This document shows positions 29,354 through 38,809 of a stretch of DNA of 64,000 bases, one piece after another. The DNA is from an uncultured Alphaproteobacteria bacterium (GTDB lineage Bacteria; Pseudomonadota; Alphaproteobacteria; Bin95). Where the stretch lies: the NCBI GenBank assembly GCA_938083135.1, contig CALLKY010000002.1, positions 16,097 to 80,096 of the forward strand, given 5' to 3'. Under the pieces are notes generated by a model. It was not told the origin of the DNA. It ran no database searches and was given only the letters and a program-made list of their open reading frames with translations. A program made the translations under genes and the position numbers. Position 1 is the first letter of the stretch, and the number at the start of each line of letters is the position of its first letter.

Positions 29354-29406
29354 CTGCAATCGGGCTAGCCATTGAAATTGCGAATGATTGTCATTAGCTT
29401 TAACCC

Positions 29407-30645
29407 ATGAAACGATTTGGCCTGACATTTGGCGCGCGCGCTGACAAAAGCGCCCCAGCGATTGCGTTGCCTGACGACTTGCTAGCGCAATCCTGCGCCG
29501 CGTGCGCGCGCCAGGATGCAGCGGCTTTGGTCGTTGATGGCTTGCGGCATGAATATGGCGATCAGGGTGCGACACTCCAGGATGTATCGCTTTGCCTGCA
29601 TCCAGGTGAAATCGTTGCACTTGTTGGACCATCTGGCTGCGGTAAGACAACAACCCTCCGCTTGATCGCAGGACTTGAGCGCCTGCAGGAAGGCGCGCTT
29701 CGAATTGGCGGCTTGATGGCAGCCGCACCTGGGCTGCATGTCCCAGCGGAAAACCGGAATATCGGCATGATGTTCCAGGATTATGCGCTCTTTCCCCACC
29801 TGACGGTCGCAGAGAACGTGGCATTCGGGCTTGGTCGCCTTGATAGCACCCAACGTCGCGAACAGGCGCTTGAAGCGCTGGCTGATGTTGGCTTGGCGGA
29901 ATTCGCAGACCGATACCCGACGACGATGTCCGGCGGGCAACAACAACGGGTCGCCCTTGCGCGTGCGCTCGCACCTCGCCCCAACGTTGTTTTGCTTGAC
30001 GAACCGTTTTCCGGGCTCGATGCAGAACTCCGGCGCAGTGTTCGCAGTGACGCAATTCATCTGCTCAAAGCTGCCGGCGCTGCTGCCCTGATGGTAACCC
30101 ATGATCCTGAAGAAGCCTTGTTTATGGCGGAACGGATCGCCGTTATGCGTGATGGCCGGATTGAACAGTGCGACACGCCAAAAGCGCTCTATGACCATCC
30201 GGCTTCGCCTTATGTCGCGCGCTTCTTCAGCGAAGTGAACGAGTTTGCAGGCACTGTGCGTGCCAATTTGATCCGCACCCCCATGGGCCTTGTTGAAGCA
30301 CCAGGTATGGCAGATGGCGCGCAAGCGCTCGTTATGGCGCGGCCCGAGCATATTCTGGTTGGCGAAGCCGCTTTGGAAACTGGCGCGTCATTCGCAGGCA
30401 ATGTCAGCTTCGCGCGCTGGCTTGGTCGTACTGCGCTCATCGAAGTTCGTTTAGAAACCGGTGAGGCTGTATTCGCTAGGATATCTGACAAGAATTGGCC
30501 AGATGAGGGGGAGGCCGTCGAGGTCGCCCTTGATCCTGAACATGTCCATGTTTTTGCCGGTGACCGTGACGCGGCACCAGTAATCGCAGATATAGCGAAG
30601 CGCGACAGAGCTAATACGTCGGAAAGTCTCGCGTTCTCCGGCTGA
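29407..30645 (+). CDS. ABC transporter ATP-binding protein (FbpC/PotA-type importer ATPase with C-terminal TOBE-like domain)
   Basis: Walker A GPSGCGKTT, signature LSGGQQQRV, Walker B LLDEPFSGLD. The ~45-aa N-terminal extension before the ABC core may be an over-call of the start. Confidence 0.8.
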   Translation: MKRFGLTFGARADKSAPAIALPDDLLAQSCAACARQDAAALVVDGLRHEYGDQGATLQDVSLCLHPGEIVALVGPSGCGKTTTLRLIAGLERLQEGALRIGGLMAAAPGLHVPAENRNIGMMFQDYALFPHLTVAENVAFGLGRLDSTQRREQALEALADVGLAEFADRYPTTMSGGQQQRVALARALAPRPNVVLLDEPFSGLDAELRRSVRSDAIHLLKAAGAAALMVTHDPEEALFMAERIAVMRDGRIEQCDTPKALYDHPASPYVARFFSEVNEFAGTVRANLIRTPMGLVEAPGMADGAQALVMARPEHILVGEAALETGASFAGNVSFARWLGRTALIEVRLETGEAVFARISDKNWPDEGEAVEVALDPEHVHVFAGDRDAAPVIADIAKRDRANTSESLAFSG

Positions 30646-30708
30646 CTGCGCTAGGACACTCTGCAATGGAGCGACCTCTGCGTCGCGCACAGTTGAAAGG
30701 GCTTGGTT

Positions 30709-30927
30709 ATGGGCGGAATTGGGATTTGGCAAATTGCCATTGTTGTCGTCGTTGTCATTCTCCTTTTTGGCGCGGGCCGGTTGCCGCGACTGATGGGTGA
30801 CATGGCCAAAGGCATTAAAAGCTTCAAACAAGGCATGAAGGAGGAACTCAACACCTCCGACGATGAAGAGGACCTGGCACGGGTCTCTGATAAGCCGAAA
30901 GAAAAAGACAAAGCGGCGAATAGCTGA
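30709..30927 (+). CDS. tatA: Twin-arginine translocase subunit TatA
   Basis: [28 protein letters not shown]...KSFKQGM. Confidence 0.85.
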   Translation: MGGIGIWQIAIVVVVVILLFGAGRLPRLMGDMAKGIKSFKQGMKEELNTSDDEEDLARVSDKPKEKDKAANS

Positions 30928-30975
30928 GTCTGACTTTCACACACATATTTCCCCTGATTTAGGCGCAAGCCCTCC

Positions 30976-31401
30976 ATGCTGGATATCGGTTGGAGCGAAT
31001 TTTTCGTTATTGGCGTGATCGCGCTGGTCGTTATTGGCCCGCGTGAGCTGCCGGCTGCATTGCGTTCGCTTGGCCAAATTATTTCGCGCGCCCGGAGCCT
31101 CGCCCAAGATTTCCGCGATGGGCTTGATGACATTGCCCGCGAAACGGAAGTCAAAAACATCACCAACAATATGCTCGGCGACTTAGATGATAAGTCCGAC
31201 GATGAATGGTTAGAGGTAGTCAATGCTGGCAAGCTAGAGAAAACGCAGACGCCGATTGATAGCGACGAAGCCAAAGCGGTTGAGAGCGATGCATCAGCAG
31301 AGCCCCCAATAAATGACCTCGATGAGGAAGCGTTCGATGCGGCAGATGCTGCAGAGGTTGAGCTGGCTGCTGAGAAGAAGCCAAAGGATGCTCAATCATG
31401 A
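30976..31401 (+). CDS. tatB: Twin-arginine translocase subunit TatB
   Basis: MLDIGWSEFFVIGVIALVVIGPRELP and an acidic C-terminal tail. Confidence 0.8.
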   Translation: MLDIGWSEFFVIGVIALVVIGPRELPAALRSLGQIISRARSLAQDFRDGLDDIARETEVKNITNNMLGDLDDKSDDEWLEVVNAGKLEKTQTPIDSDEAKAVESDASAEPPINDLDEEAFDAADAAEVELAAEKKPKDAQS

Positions 31402-32198
31402 GCGGGGCTGAAAGCGAAGATAAGGCACCACTCCTAGAGCACCTCATTGAGCTGCGCCGTCGGCTGCTCTGGTCACTCGCCGCACTCCTCATTGCTTTTC
31501 TAGGTAGTTGGGCCGTAGCGGCTGAAATATTTAACTTTTTGGCGCAACCACTTGCCGATGCGTTTGGGGATCAAGAAGGCGCGCAGCTGATCTACACGAG
31601 CTTGCCTGAAAAATTCTTTGTTAACATTAAGATTGCGTTCTATACCGCTCTTTTTATTGCATTTCCAATCATTGCCAACCAGATTTGGAAGTTCGTGGCA
31701 CCCGGTCTTTATAAGAACGAGAGAGGTGCGTTCCTCCCATATCTGGCCGCCACGCCAATCTTATTTTTCCTAGGTGGTGCAGTTGTTTATTTTGGTATTT
31801 TTCCGTTGGCTTGGAAGTTCTTCCTTGGCTACCAGAATGTTGCGGGCGACCCGAATGCCGCTGGTGTGGTTATTGAGACTGTGGCAATGCCAAAGGTCTC
31901 TGAATATCTCAGCCTGGTTATCACGCTCATCTTCGCGTTCGGGCTGTTCTTTCAAATGCCAGTCGTTCTGACGCTGCTGGCCCATGCCGGTATCGTCTCG
32001 GCCGATGGACTGGCGAAGAAGCGTAAATACGCCGTCGTCGCCATGTTTGGCCTTGCAGCGGTTTTAACCCCGCCGGACGTAATCAGCCAGATTGGCTTGG
32101 CCGTACCGGGTCTGCTGCTCTACGAAATATCGATCTTATTGGCGCGGCGAATAGAGCGGAAACGTGAATCCTATTTCGACGATGACGACGATGACTGA
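31398..32198 (+). CDS. tatC: Twin-arginine translocase subunit TatC
   Basis: LLEHLIELRRRL N-terminal motif and six TM helices. ATGA overlap with tatB. Confidence 0.9.
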   Translation: MSGAESEDKAPLLEHLIELRRRLLWSLAALLIAFLGSWAVAAEIFNFLAQPLADAFGDQEGAQLIYTSLPEKFFVNIKIAFYTALFIAFPIIANQIWKFVAPGLYKNERGAFLPYLAATPILFFLGGAVVYFGIFPLAWKFFLGYQNVAGDPNAAGVVIETVAMPKVSEYLSLVITLIFAFGLFFQMPVVLTLLAHAGIVSADGLAKKRKYAVVAMFGLAAVLTPPDVISQIGLAVPGLLLYEISILLARRIERKRESYFDDDDDD

Positions 32199-32299
32199 GG
32201 CGATTGATTCCGTTAATGAATCCCTAGGAATCGCTTAGCACTGGACAGGGGAGTCCACGGGCGGTTAGAACCGGCGCGAACCCTTGAAGGATCGCAAAG

Positions 32300-33577
32300 A
32301 TGCTGGATGTCCGCTGGGCGCGTGAACACCCGGACGCGCTAGACGCTGCCATGACGAAACGTGGCGCGGAAGCTGTGTCCGCGGCTGTGCTGGCGTTGGA
32401 CACCAAGCGCCGGTCCGCCCAAACCCGTTTTCAGGAATTACAGAGCGCGCGCCGGGATGCCTCTAAGGCCATCGGTCAGGCGAAAGCCAAGGGCGAGGAT
32501 GCCAGCGCGGCCATGGCAGCCGTCGCAAAACTCAAAGATGATGCTGCGGCTACTGAGGCTGAGGCCAAGCAAGCGTCTGACGCGCTTGATGCGCTGCTCG
32601 CCACTTTGCCGAACCCGCCAGCCGATGATGTCCCGCCCGGTGCAAATGAAGACGATAACGTTTTTGTCCGGGAAAATGGCACGCCGCGTGCGTTCGCGTT
32701 TGAACCGAAGAGCCATATTGACCTTGGTGAGCCACTTGGCCTTGATTTTGAAGCGGGCGTGAAGCTTTCAGGCGCGCGGTTCGCTGCCATGCGTGGCCAA
32801 ATCGCCCGGCTGGAACGTGCGCTCGCGCATTTCATGCTGGATTTGCATGTCCAAGAACATGGCTATGCTGAAGTCCGCCCACCTATCTTGGTGCGGAGCG
32901 AGGCCATGTATGGCACGGGCCAGCTTCCAAAGTTTGAAGAAGACTCGTTTCAAACAACCGATGGCCGCTGGTTGATCCCAACAGCCGAAGTGCCGCTGAC
33001 CAATTTGGCAGCCGACACCAGCTTCGAGCCTGCTGACCTACCGCTGCGCTACGTGGCGCACACGCCGTGCTTCCGCTCCGAAGCGGGCGCAGCGGGTAAG
33101 GACACGCGCGGCCTCATTCGCATGCATCAGTTCGATAAGGTTGAGATGGTGAGCATTGTCAGTGCTGATCAATCGGAAGCTGAATTGGAACGGATGACGG
33201 CTGCTGCTGAAACAGTCCTGCAACGCCTTGAATTACCGTATCGCGTTCTTCTGCTGTGCGCTGGTGATATGGGTTTCGGTGCCCGCAAAACCTATGACCT
33301 AGAGGTATGGGTGCCCTTCCAGAACAAGTACCGCGAGATTTCCAGCTGCTCCACATGCGGTGACTTCCAAGCCCGCCGGATGGGCGCGCGTGTGCGCCGG
33401 ACAGAAGGGAAGGGTACAGATTTCGTTCATACCTTGAATGGCTCCGGTGTTGCCGTTGGCCGGGCGATGGTGGCGCTTTTGGAAAACCATCAGCGCGAAG
33501 ATGGCTCCATTGGCATACCAGCCGCATTGCAGCCCTATCTTGGCGGTATGACTGAGCTGACCTCGGGGCAGGGCTGA
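32300..33577 (+). CDS. serS: Serine--tRNA ligase
   Basis: N-terminal coiled-coil arm and class II aaRS core (TPCFRSEAG..., GSGVAVGR). Confidence 0.9.
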   Translation: MLDVRWAREHPDALDAAMTKRGAEAVSAAVLALDTKRRSAQTRFQELQSARRDASKAIGQAKAKGEDASAAMAAVAKLKDDAAATEAEAKQASDALDALLATLPNPPADDVPPGANEDDNVFVRENGTPRAFAFEPKSHIDLGEPLGLDFEAGVKLSGARFAAMRGQIARLERALAHFMLDLHVQEHGYAEVRPPILVRSEAMYGTGQLPKFEEDSFQTTDGRWLIPTAEVPLTNLAADTSFEPADLPLRYVAHTPCFRSEAGAAGKDTRGLIRMHQFDKVEMVSIVSADQSEAELERMTAAAETVLQRLELPYRVLLLCAGDMGFGARKTYDLEVWVPFQNKYREISSCSTCGDFQARRMGARVRRTEGKGTDFVHTLNGSGVAVGRAMVALLENHQREDGSIGIPAALQPYLGGMTELTSGQG

Positions 33578-33581
33578 GATT

Positions 33582-34373
33582 ATGGCGAGATCACACGAAT
33601 GGCAGGTCGATCTCAGCAAAGCGCGCGTGTTGTTGGTCAATGATGATGGCCTTGAAGCACCCGGATTGAAGCTGCTTGAAAAGCTGGTGACGCCGCTCGC
33701 CCGTGAAGTGTGGGTGGTGGCACCGGAACGTGAGGAAAGCGGCACGGGCCACGCGTTTTCGCTGCACAGACCACTTCGGCTGCGCCAGGCCAGTGAACGC
33801 CGCTTTGCCGTTGATGGCATGCCAGCGGATGCCGCGATTATCGGGCTCGGTGAGGTCATGCGGGATAATCCGCCTGACATCGTGTTATCCGGTGTTAATC
33901 GCGGTGCCAATATTGGCGATGATGTTATGTATTCGGGCACTGTCGGCGCTGCCGCAGAAGCCGCGATGTCCGGGTTTCCAGCTATATCGATGAGCCTAGA
34001 CCGTGCGCCAGAGAATGAAGCAAAGTGGGATACCGTTGAGCGGCATTTGGCCGATACGCTGCACTGGGTCCTGGCAGCGCCTTGGCCGCTTGGCATGGTG
34101 CTGAATGTGAACTTTCCAGACGTTGGTCCAGATGCCGTTAAAGGCCGGAAAGTCGCGACGGTTGGGCGACGGAAGCCCGGTGGTGAGATTGCCAAAGGCC
34201 TGGACCCGGCAGGCAAGCCTTATCTCTGGATCAGTTCCAAACGCATATATGGCGATGTGTCTGCGGACTCAGACATTCAGGCGACCCGTGATGGCTATAT
34301 CTCCATGAGCCCTCTCACTCTGGATATGACGGATTACGGCCATATCGCCGCCGCCCGGGAGAAGCTCGGTTGA
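33582..34373 (+). CDS. surE: 5'/3'-nucleotidase SurE
   Basis: VLLVNDDGLEAPG and SGVNRGANIG motifs. Confidence 0.85.
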   Translation: MARSHEWQVDLSKARVLLVNDDGLEAPGLKLLEKLVTPLAREVWVVAPEREESGTGHAFSLHRPLRLRQASERRFAVDGMPADAAIIGLGEVMRDNPPDIVLSGVNRGANIGDDVMYSGTVGAAAEAAMSGFPAISMSLDRAPENEAKWDTVERHLADTLHWVLAAPWPLGMVLNVNFPDVGPDAVKGRKVATVGRRKPGGEIAKGLDPAGKPYLWISSKRIYGDVSADSDIQATRDGYISMSPLTLDMTDYGHIAAAREKLG

Positions 34374-35053
34374 ACCTATCATCGCGCCGCATTCGCATGG
34401 TTATGGGGCTCCGCCGCGCTGGCGTGAACGACCCGCGCGTACTTGGCGTGATGGAGCAGATTGAGCGCGAGCGGTTTATCCCGCCCGCGTGGCAGATGGA
34501 TGCCTATGAGGATGCGCCACTGCCTATTGGGCATGGTCAAACCATTAGCCAACCTGCCGTTGTCGGCAAAATGTTGCAGGCGTTGGAAGCTGGCCCCCGA
34601 ATGCGAGTGTTAGAAATTGGCGTTGGCTCTGGCTATCAAACGGCAGCTCTGGCTAGGTTGGTGCGCGCTGTATTTGGCATTGAGCGGATTAAGGCGCTGC
34701 TGTCCGATGCTAAGCTTCGCCTGGAAGAGCAAAAGATCGACAACGTATTCTTACGCTGGGCGGATGGCGGCAAAGGCTGGCCGGAAGGTGCGCCGTTTGA
34801 CCGGATTATTGCCGCCGCCGCTGCAGATGACATGCCAGGTGCTTTGGCCGATCAGTTAAAGCCGGGCGGGATTATGGTCCTGCCGCTTGGCGCAGCCGGA
34901 AACCAGAGCTTATGGCGCATTCGGCGCGATGATGCGGGTTTTCAAACGGAAGATCTGGGTGCGGTCGCATTCGTGCCATTTTTACCAGGCGCTATTGAGG
35001 CAAACCACGTGGCGGAGACGTCGCGCTACCGACCTGCGCAAGGAGCGGCTTGA
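34370..35053 (+). CDS. pcm: Protein-L-isoaspartate O-methyltransferase
   Basis: SQP substrate motif and SAM-binding VLEIGVGSGYQ. ATGA overlap with surE. Confidence 0.85.
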   Translation: MNLSSRRIRMVMGLRRAGVNDPRVLGVMEQIERERFIPPAWQMDAYEDAPLPIGHGQTISQPAVVGKMLQALEAGPRMRVLEIGVGSGYQTAALARLVRAVFGIERIKALLSDAKLRLEEQKIDNVFLRWADGGKGWPEGAPFDRIIAAAAADDMPGALADQLKPGGIMVLPLGAAGNQSLWRIRRDDAGFQTEDLGAVAFVPFLPGAIEANHVAETSRYRPAQGAA

Positions 35054-36315
35054 TGAACTTGACGCCACTGAGCAAATTTCGCCCGATCACCATGCACACC
35101 GCGACAGCGCTGGTGCTATCATTGCTTCTGAGCGGATGTGGCTGGGTTTCTGTTGATCCAGATAAGTCTGCGTCAGCGCCTCCACCGCCTGGAACTGGCG
35201 TGAATGCAGGGCCGGTTGTAAGCGCAGTGCCAGGCGGTCGATCAGTCCTCGTGCAGGCGGGCGATTCCGTTTATGGCATCGCCAATCGTTATGGCGCGAC
35301 GCCCAGGCAGATGATTGCCTTAAATAACCTCCGTCCACCGTTTGAAATTCAAGCTGGCCAACGTTTGCTGCTGCCACCTGAACAACAGCTTTACACCGTC
35401 CGTCCTGGCGATACGGTGAACGGCTTGGCCGCTGCCTACAATACAGACCCGGAGGCATTGGCCCGTCTAAACCACCTGCCGCCGCCGTATGTTCTGCATG
35501 CTGGCTCGCAGGTTGGCATTCCAATAGCGCGCGCGCCACGTGCAGTTGTGGCCGCACGACCGGCGGCACCGCCACCTGTTCGGCGCCAACTGCTTGATGC
35601 GCCGGCGCAGCGCCAAGAATTGCCAGCGCCCGTGAAGGTCATGCCGCCAAAACCACTGCCCCAAGCGCGAAGTGCTGCGCCTCCACGCATACCACCACCA
35701 CCACCGGCAAGAGTGGCTGCTGCGCCACCACCACCTGTTGCCACGCCACCACAACCGGTGGAGCCGCGCGCGAACCCATCCCGATTACCACCGAAGCGCC
35801 CGCCTGAGCTTGCTGCTGCGCCACCACCCCCGAAACCGCCCGTGTCAAAGCCAGCACCTGCACGCATTCAACCGACTGAGCCGCGCCGGCCACCGCCCGT
35901 TCAACGTGGTCTTGCTGCTGCGAAGCCAGGATCATCAGGTGGTTTCTTGGCGCCCGTAGAAGGCCCAGTGATCGCCAAGTTTGGCAAGCAGGCGGACGGG
36001 CGCCGGAACGATGGCGTCAATATCGCAGCAGCGCGCGGGACGCCTGTACGTGCATCCAGGGCAGGTGAGGTCGTGTATGCGGGGGACGCATTGCAGGGCT
36101 ACGGGAAGTTATTGCTCGTTAAACACGCAGGCGGCTGGGTAACAGCCTATGCGCATCTCGACCGGATATTGGCCCAGCGCGGCGATAAGGTCGCGCGCGG
36201 CCAGACGGTAGGTGTGGTCGGTACAAGCGGCGGCGTGTCGGCCCCTCAGCTGCACTTCGAAATGCGCAAAGATAACAAGCCCGTCAATCCATCGGGCAAG
36301 CTGGCGGCTCGCTGA
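35050..36315 (+). CDS. LysM-domain M23-family peptidoglycan DD-metalloendopeptidase lipoprotein (NlpD/LppB-like)
   Basis: Lipobox LLLSGC. Two LysM repeats, a Pro-rich linker, and a C-terminal M23 domain (HAGGWVTAYAHL..., QLHFEM). Confidence 0.85.
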   Translation: MMNLTPLSKFRPITMHTATALVLSLLLSGCGWVSVDPDKSASAPPPPGTGVNAGPVVSAVPGGRSVLVQAGDSVYGIANRYGATPRQMIALNNLRPPFEIQAGQRLLLPPEQQLYTVRPGDTVNGLAAAYNTDPEALARLNHLPPPYVLHAGSQVGIPIARAPRAVVAARPAAPPPVRRQLLDAPAQRQELPAPVKVMPPKPLPQARSAAPPRIPPPPPARVAAAPPPPVATPPQPVEPRANPSRLPPKRPPELAAAPPPPKPPVSKPAPARIQPTEPRRPPPVQRGLAAAKPGSSGGFLAPVEGPVIAKFGKQADGRRNDGVNIAAARGTPVRASRAGEVVYAGDALQGYGKLLLVKHAGGWVTAYAHLDRILAQRGDKVARGQTVGVVGTSGGVSAPQLHFEMRKDNKPVNPSGKLAAR

Positions 36316-36320
36316 TTAGC

Positions 36321-36914
36321 CTAACCTGGCGGCAGCATCCAGATCGCCAATAGCGCAGATGCGCCGGACTGCATGGCGTGGATGATGTTCGGCGGATTAT
36401 AGACCAGTCCACCAATGCCAGGCTCCCGCCAAGGCCCTGCTTCTTGCCGCCAATGTCCGGGCGTAAGCGCGATATAAACTTCTTCGGGCGGGTGTTGGTG
36501 GTTTGGGTAGAACGTGTTGGGGGCCAGCAAGCTAGCGCCCATACGCAGATCCTGCCGGGCTTCAAGGCCGCCATCGCCGATGATCATACCTGTCGCGTGG
36601 GCATTCGGGAAATTGGGGTCGCCCGTTTTTCGGTCCGCCCGGGCGCTCCAGGCAATCTCTGGCTCTAAGGCCCGAAAGGCTGTCGCTAGTGCTTTGACAG
36701 ACCGAACATTCCGCGCTGTATCCAGCACCGGTTGAATATGTGTGCAGGCAGGGTTTTCAGTTCGTAGGCGCGGGGTTTGAGGCCCAGGCTCGGTGAGTGC
36801 GGCAAACGTTTTCTTTGTGACCCTGGCGTGGTCCGAGCCAGCATCGCTGACATCCAGGATCGTTGTTTCCAGTACATCTAAGAATGCCTGTAAGGTCGGG
36901 GACCGCTCTGCCAT
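36321..36914 (-). CDS. Cupin-domain protein, possibly DMSP-lyase DddL-like
   Basis: HQHPPEEVY (H-x-H-x3-E-x-Y) metal-binding cupin motif and a second His (NPPNIIHAM). The family-level call is tentative. Confidence 0.5.
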   Translation of the reverse strand: MAERSPTLQAFLDVLETTILDVSDAGSDHARVTKKTFAALTEPGPQTPRLRTENPACTHIQPVLDTARNVRSVKALATAFRALEPEIAWSARADRKTGDPNFPNAHATGMIIGDGGLEARQDLRMGASLLAPNTFYPNHQHPPEEVYIALTPGHWRQEAGPWREPGIGGLVYNPPNIIHAMQSGASALLAIWMLPPG

Positions 36915-37035
36915 TGCTCGCCTCCTTTGGTCGATGATGCTCTACAGAATGGCAGACTTCGCGGCATCGGGCCACGGGACTTAAGGTATGTGTGCCGGTA
37001 TACTCAGCGTTCAGCGCGTCGCAATGGAATAAGAT

Positions 37036-37725
37036 ATGATGGATTTTGATACACTGGTGCACGAACGCCGCAGCATCCGCGGCTACAAGCAGAAGCCAGT
37101 CCCGAAGGAAGTGATTGCGGAGATCATTGGCTTGGCCAAAGGCGCGCCATCCTCGATGAATACCCAACCCTGGCATTTTCACGTGATTTCGGGTGAGCCG
37201 TTGGATCGCATCCGTGCGGGAAATACGGAACGGAACTTGGCTGGTGTTCCGGCGTCTCGCGAAATTCCGATGCATGGGGCCTATGAAGGCATTCATCGCC
37301 AACGGCAGGTCGATATAGCGAAGCAATTGTTCGCTGCCATGGGCATTGATCGCTACGACAAAGAGCGCCGCCACGACTGGGTAATGCGCGGTTTCCGCCA
37401 GTTCGATGCCCCCGTTTCCATTGTCGTGACCTATGACAAAGACTTGGACCCAGGTGCCTCCATCGCACATTTTGATCTGGGCGCGGTCACCTATGGCTTG
37501 GTCCTGGCGGCATGGACGCGCGGGCTGGGCGCTGTGATTAACGGCCAGGGCATCATGCAGTCCCCAGTCGTGCGCGAACATGCAAAAATACCGGATGATC
37601 AGGTGATCATGACCTGTGTCGCCATGGGCTATCCGGAAGAGGATTTCGCAGCGAATAACGTTAAGTCCGTCCGCCGCGAGACTGATGAAATCGTTACGTT
37701 TGTTGGTTTTGACGAGGACGCATAA
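37036..37725 (+). CDS. Nitroreductase-family FMN oxidoreductase
   Basis: RRSIRGYK N-terminal motif and nitroreductase fold. The antisense 328-aa ORF (36757-37743) was rejected. Confidence 0.85.
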   Translation: MMDFDTLVHERRSIRGYKQKPVPKEVIAEIIGLAKGAPSSMNTQPWHFHVISGEPLDRIRAGNTERNLAGVPASREIPMHGAYEGIHRQRQVDIAKQLFAAMGIDRYDKERRHDWVMRGFRQFDAPVSIVVTYDKDLDPGASIAHFDLGAVTYGLVLAAWTRGLGAVINGQGIMQSPVVREHAKIPDDQVIMTCVAMGYPEEDFAANNVKSVRRETDEIVTFVGFDEDA

Positions 37726-38788
37726 CGGCTTCAGCAAAGTCATTGAAGTTTGATCGCATGCATGCGATTGGCGGCAGTAGGGTGACTTCTTTCAGTCCCG
37801 CTGCCTCCAACTGATCCAGCCGCTCATTGATCTCGTCAGGCTCGCCGACGAGGCCGCCAGCGACACGGATCAGGTCCGGCGTGATGAACCGGCGTTCCTC
37901 TGGCGGACAGAAGGCGCAATGGCCCCGATGCAGCATCTGATTGCGCCGTTCGGGTGGCATCGTCTGCTCGACATAGGTCTTGTAGTCCTCCCAGGTGCCG
38001 CGCACGCGGTCTGAGACGAACTTGTCGTGGCCGCGCTCCTGATAGAGCTCAAACCAGTAGTGCAGTGTCGAGACCACGGCAGCGTCGACTTCATCAATCA
38101 CGCGCTCACTGGTTAAGCTCTCACCGTGCTTCAAAACGCAGGCGAAGGTGAGGGCGGCTGTGTGGAAATCCTCCGGCCAGGGGCGTTCGACTTCAGCGGC
38201 ACCAGTGCGGGCTGTTTCTATATTCCGCGCGAGAACGCCTAGCGGTTCGTTCCCTGCACATATCCGTCCGTCGCCATAGGCACCTGCAGCTCTCAGGGCT
38301 TTCGGTCCATTGGCACCGACATAGATCGGGACCGGATTTTCCAGATTGAGGCTATCTAGCTCCCGGTCGAGAAATCGGATCAGACTCTTGTCGCCACCTG
38401 TCTCATAGGCGACTTCCTCACCGTGTAGCAGCCCGCGCACGACGCGGAGATAGTCCCGGAACGCCGCAGCCCTCATTGGCCGCCCGCCCATAATCCGCAT
38501 GGCGGTATGGCCGGTGCCGATACCCAGGAACGTGCGTCCTGGTGCCAGTTTATTGATAGAGGCGATGGAATGCGCCGTCACCGGTGCCGTGCGTGTCCCA
38601 GCGATGGCGACGCCTGTGCCTAGCCGAATACGGGACGTGTGATGTGCTGAAAGCGCCAGCGTCGCGTAGCAATCGGACCAGATCATCTGGCTATCAGGCG
38701 CCCAGCCATGATCGTAACCGAGCGTTTCGAGTTCCTGGAATATCTGCCAGTCGCCGATATTGGTCGCGACCATGCCGCCGAATTTCAT
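37694..38788 (-). CDS. LLM-class (luciferase-like) flavin-dependent oxidoreductase
   Basis: 364 aa TIM-barrel LLM sequence (LGTGVAIAGTRTAP...). Its 3' end overlaps the nitroreductase 3' end by 32 nt. Confidence 0.85.
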   Translation of the reverse strand: MKFGGMVATNIGDWQIFQELETLGYDHGWAPDSQMIWSDCYATLALSAHHTSRIRLGTGVAIAGTRTAPVTAHSIASINKLAPGRTFLGIGTGHTAMRIMGGRPMRAAAFRDYLRVVRGLLHGEEVAYETGGDKSLIRFLDRELDSLNLENPVPIYVGANGPKALRAAGAYGDGRICAGNEPLGVLARNIETARTGAAEVERPWPEDFHTAALTFACVLKHGESLTSERVIDEVDAAVVSTLHYWFELYQERGHDKFVSDRVRGTWEDYKTYVEQTMPPERRNQMLHRGHCAFCPPEERRFITPDLIRVAGGLVGEPDEINERLDQLEAAGLKEVTLLPPIACMRSNFNDFAEAVMRPRQNQQT

Positions 38789-38809
38789 GGGGTCGTATCC
38801 TTAGAAGCT

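Noticed and set aside
36757-37743. 328-aa minus-strand ORF overlapping the nitroreductase gene
   Set aside because: Arg/His/Cys-rich nonsense composition. The plus-strand ORF has the clear nitroreductase signature (RRSIRGYK).
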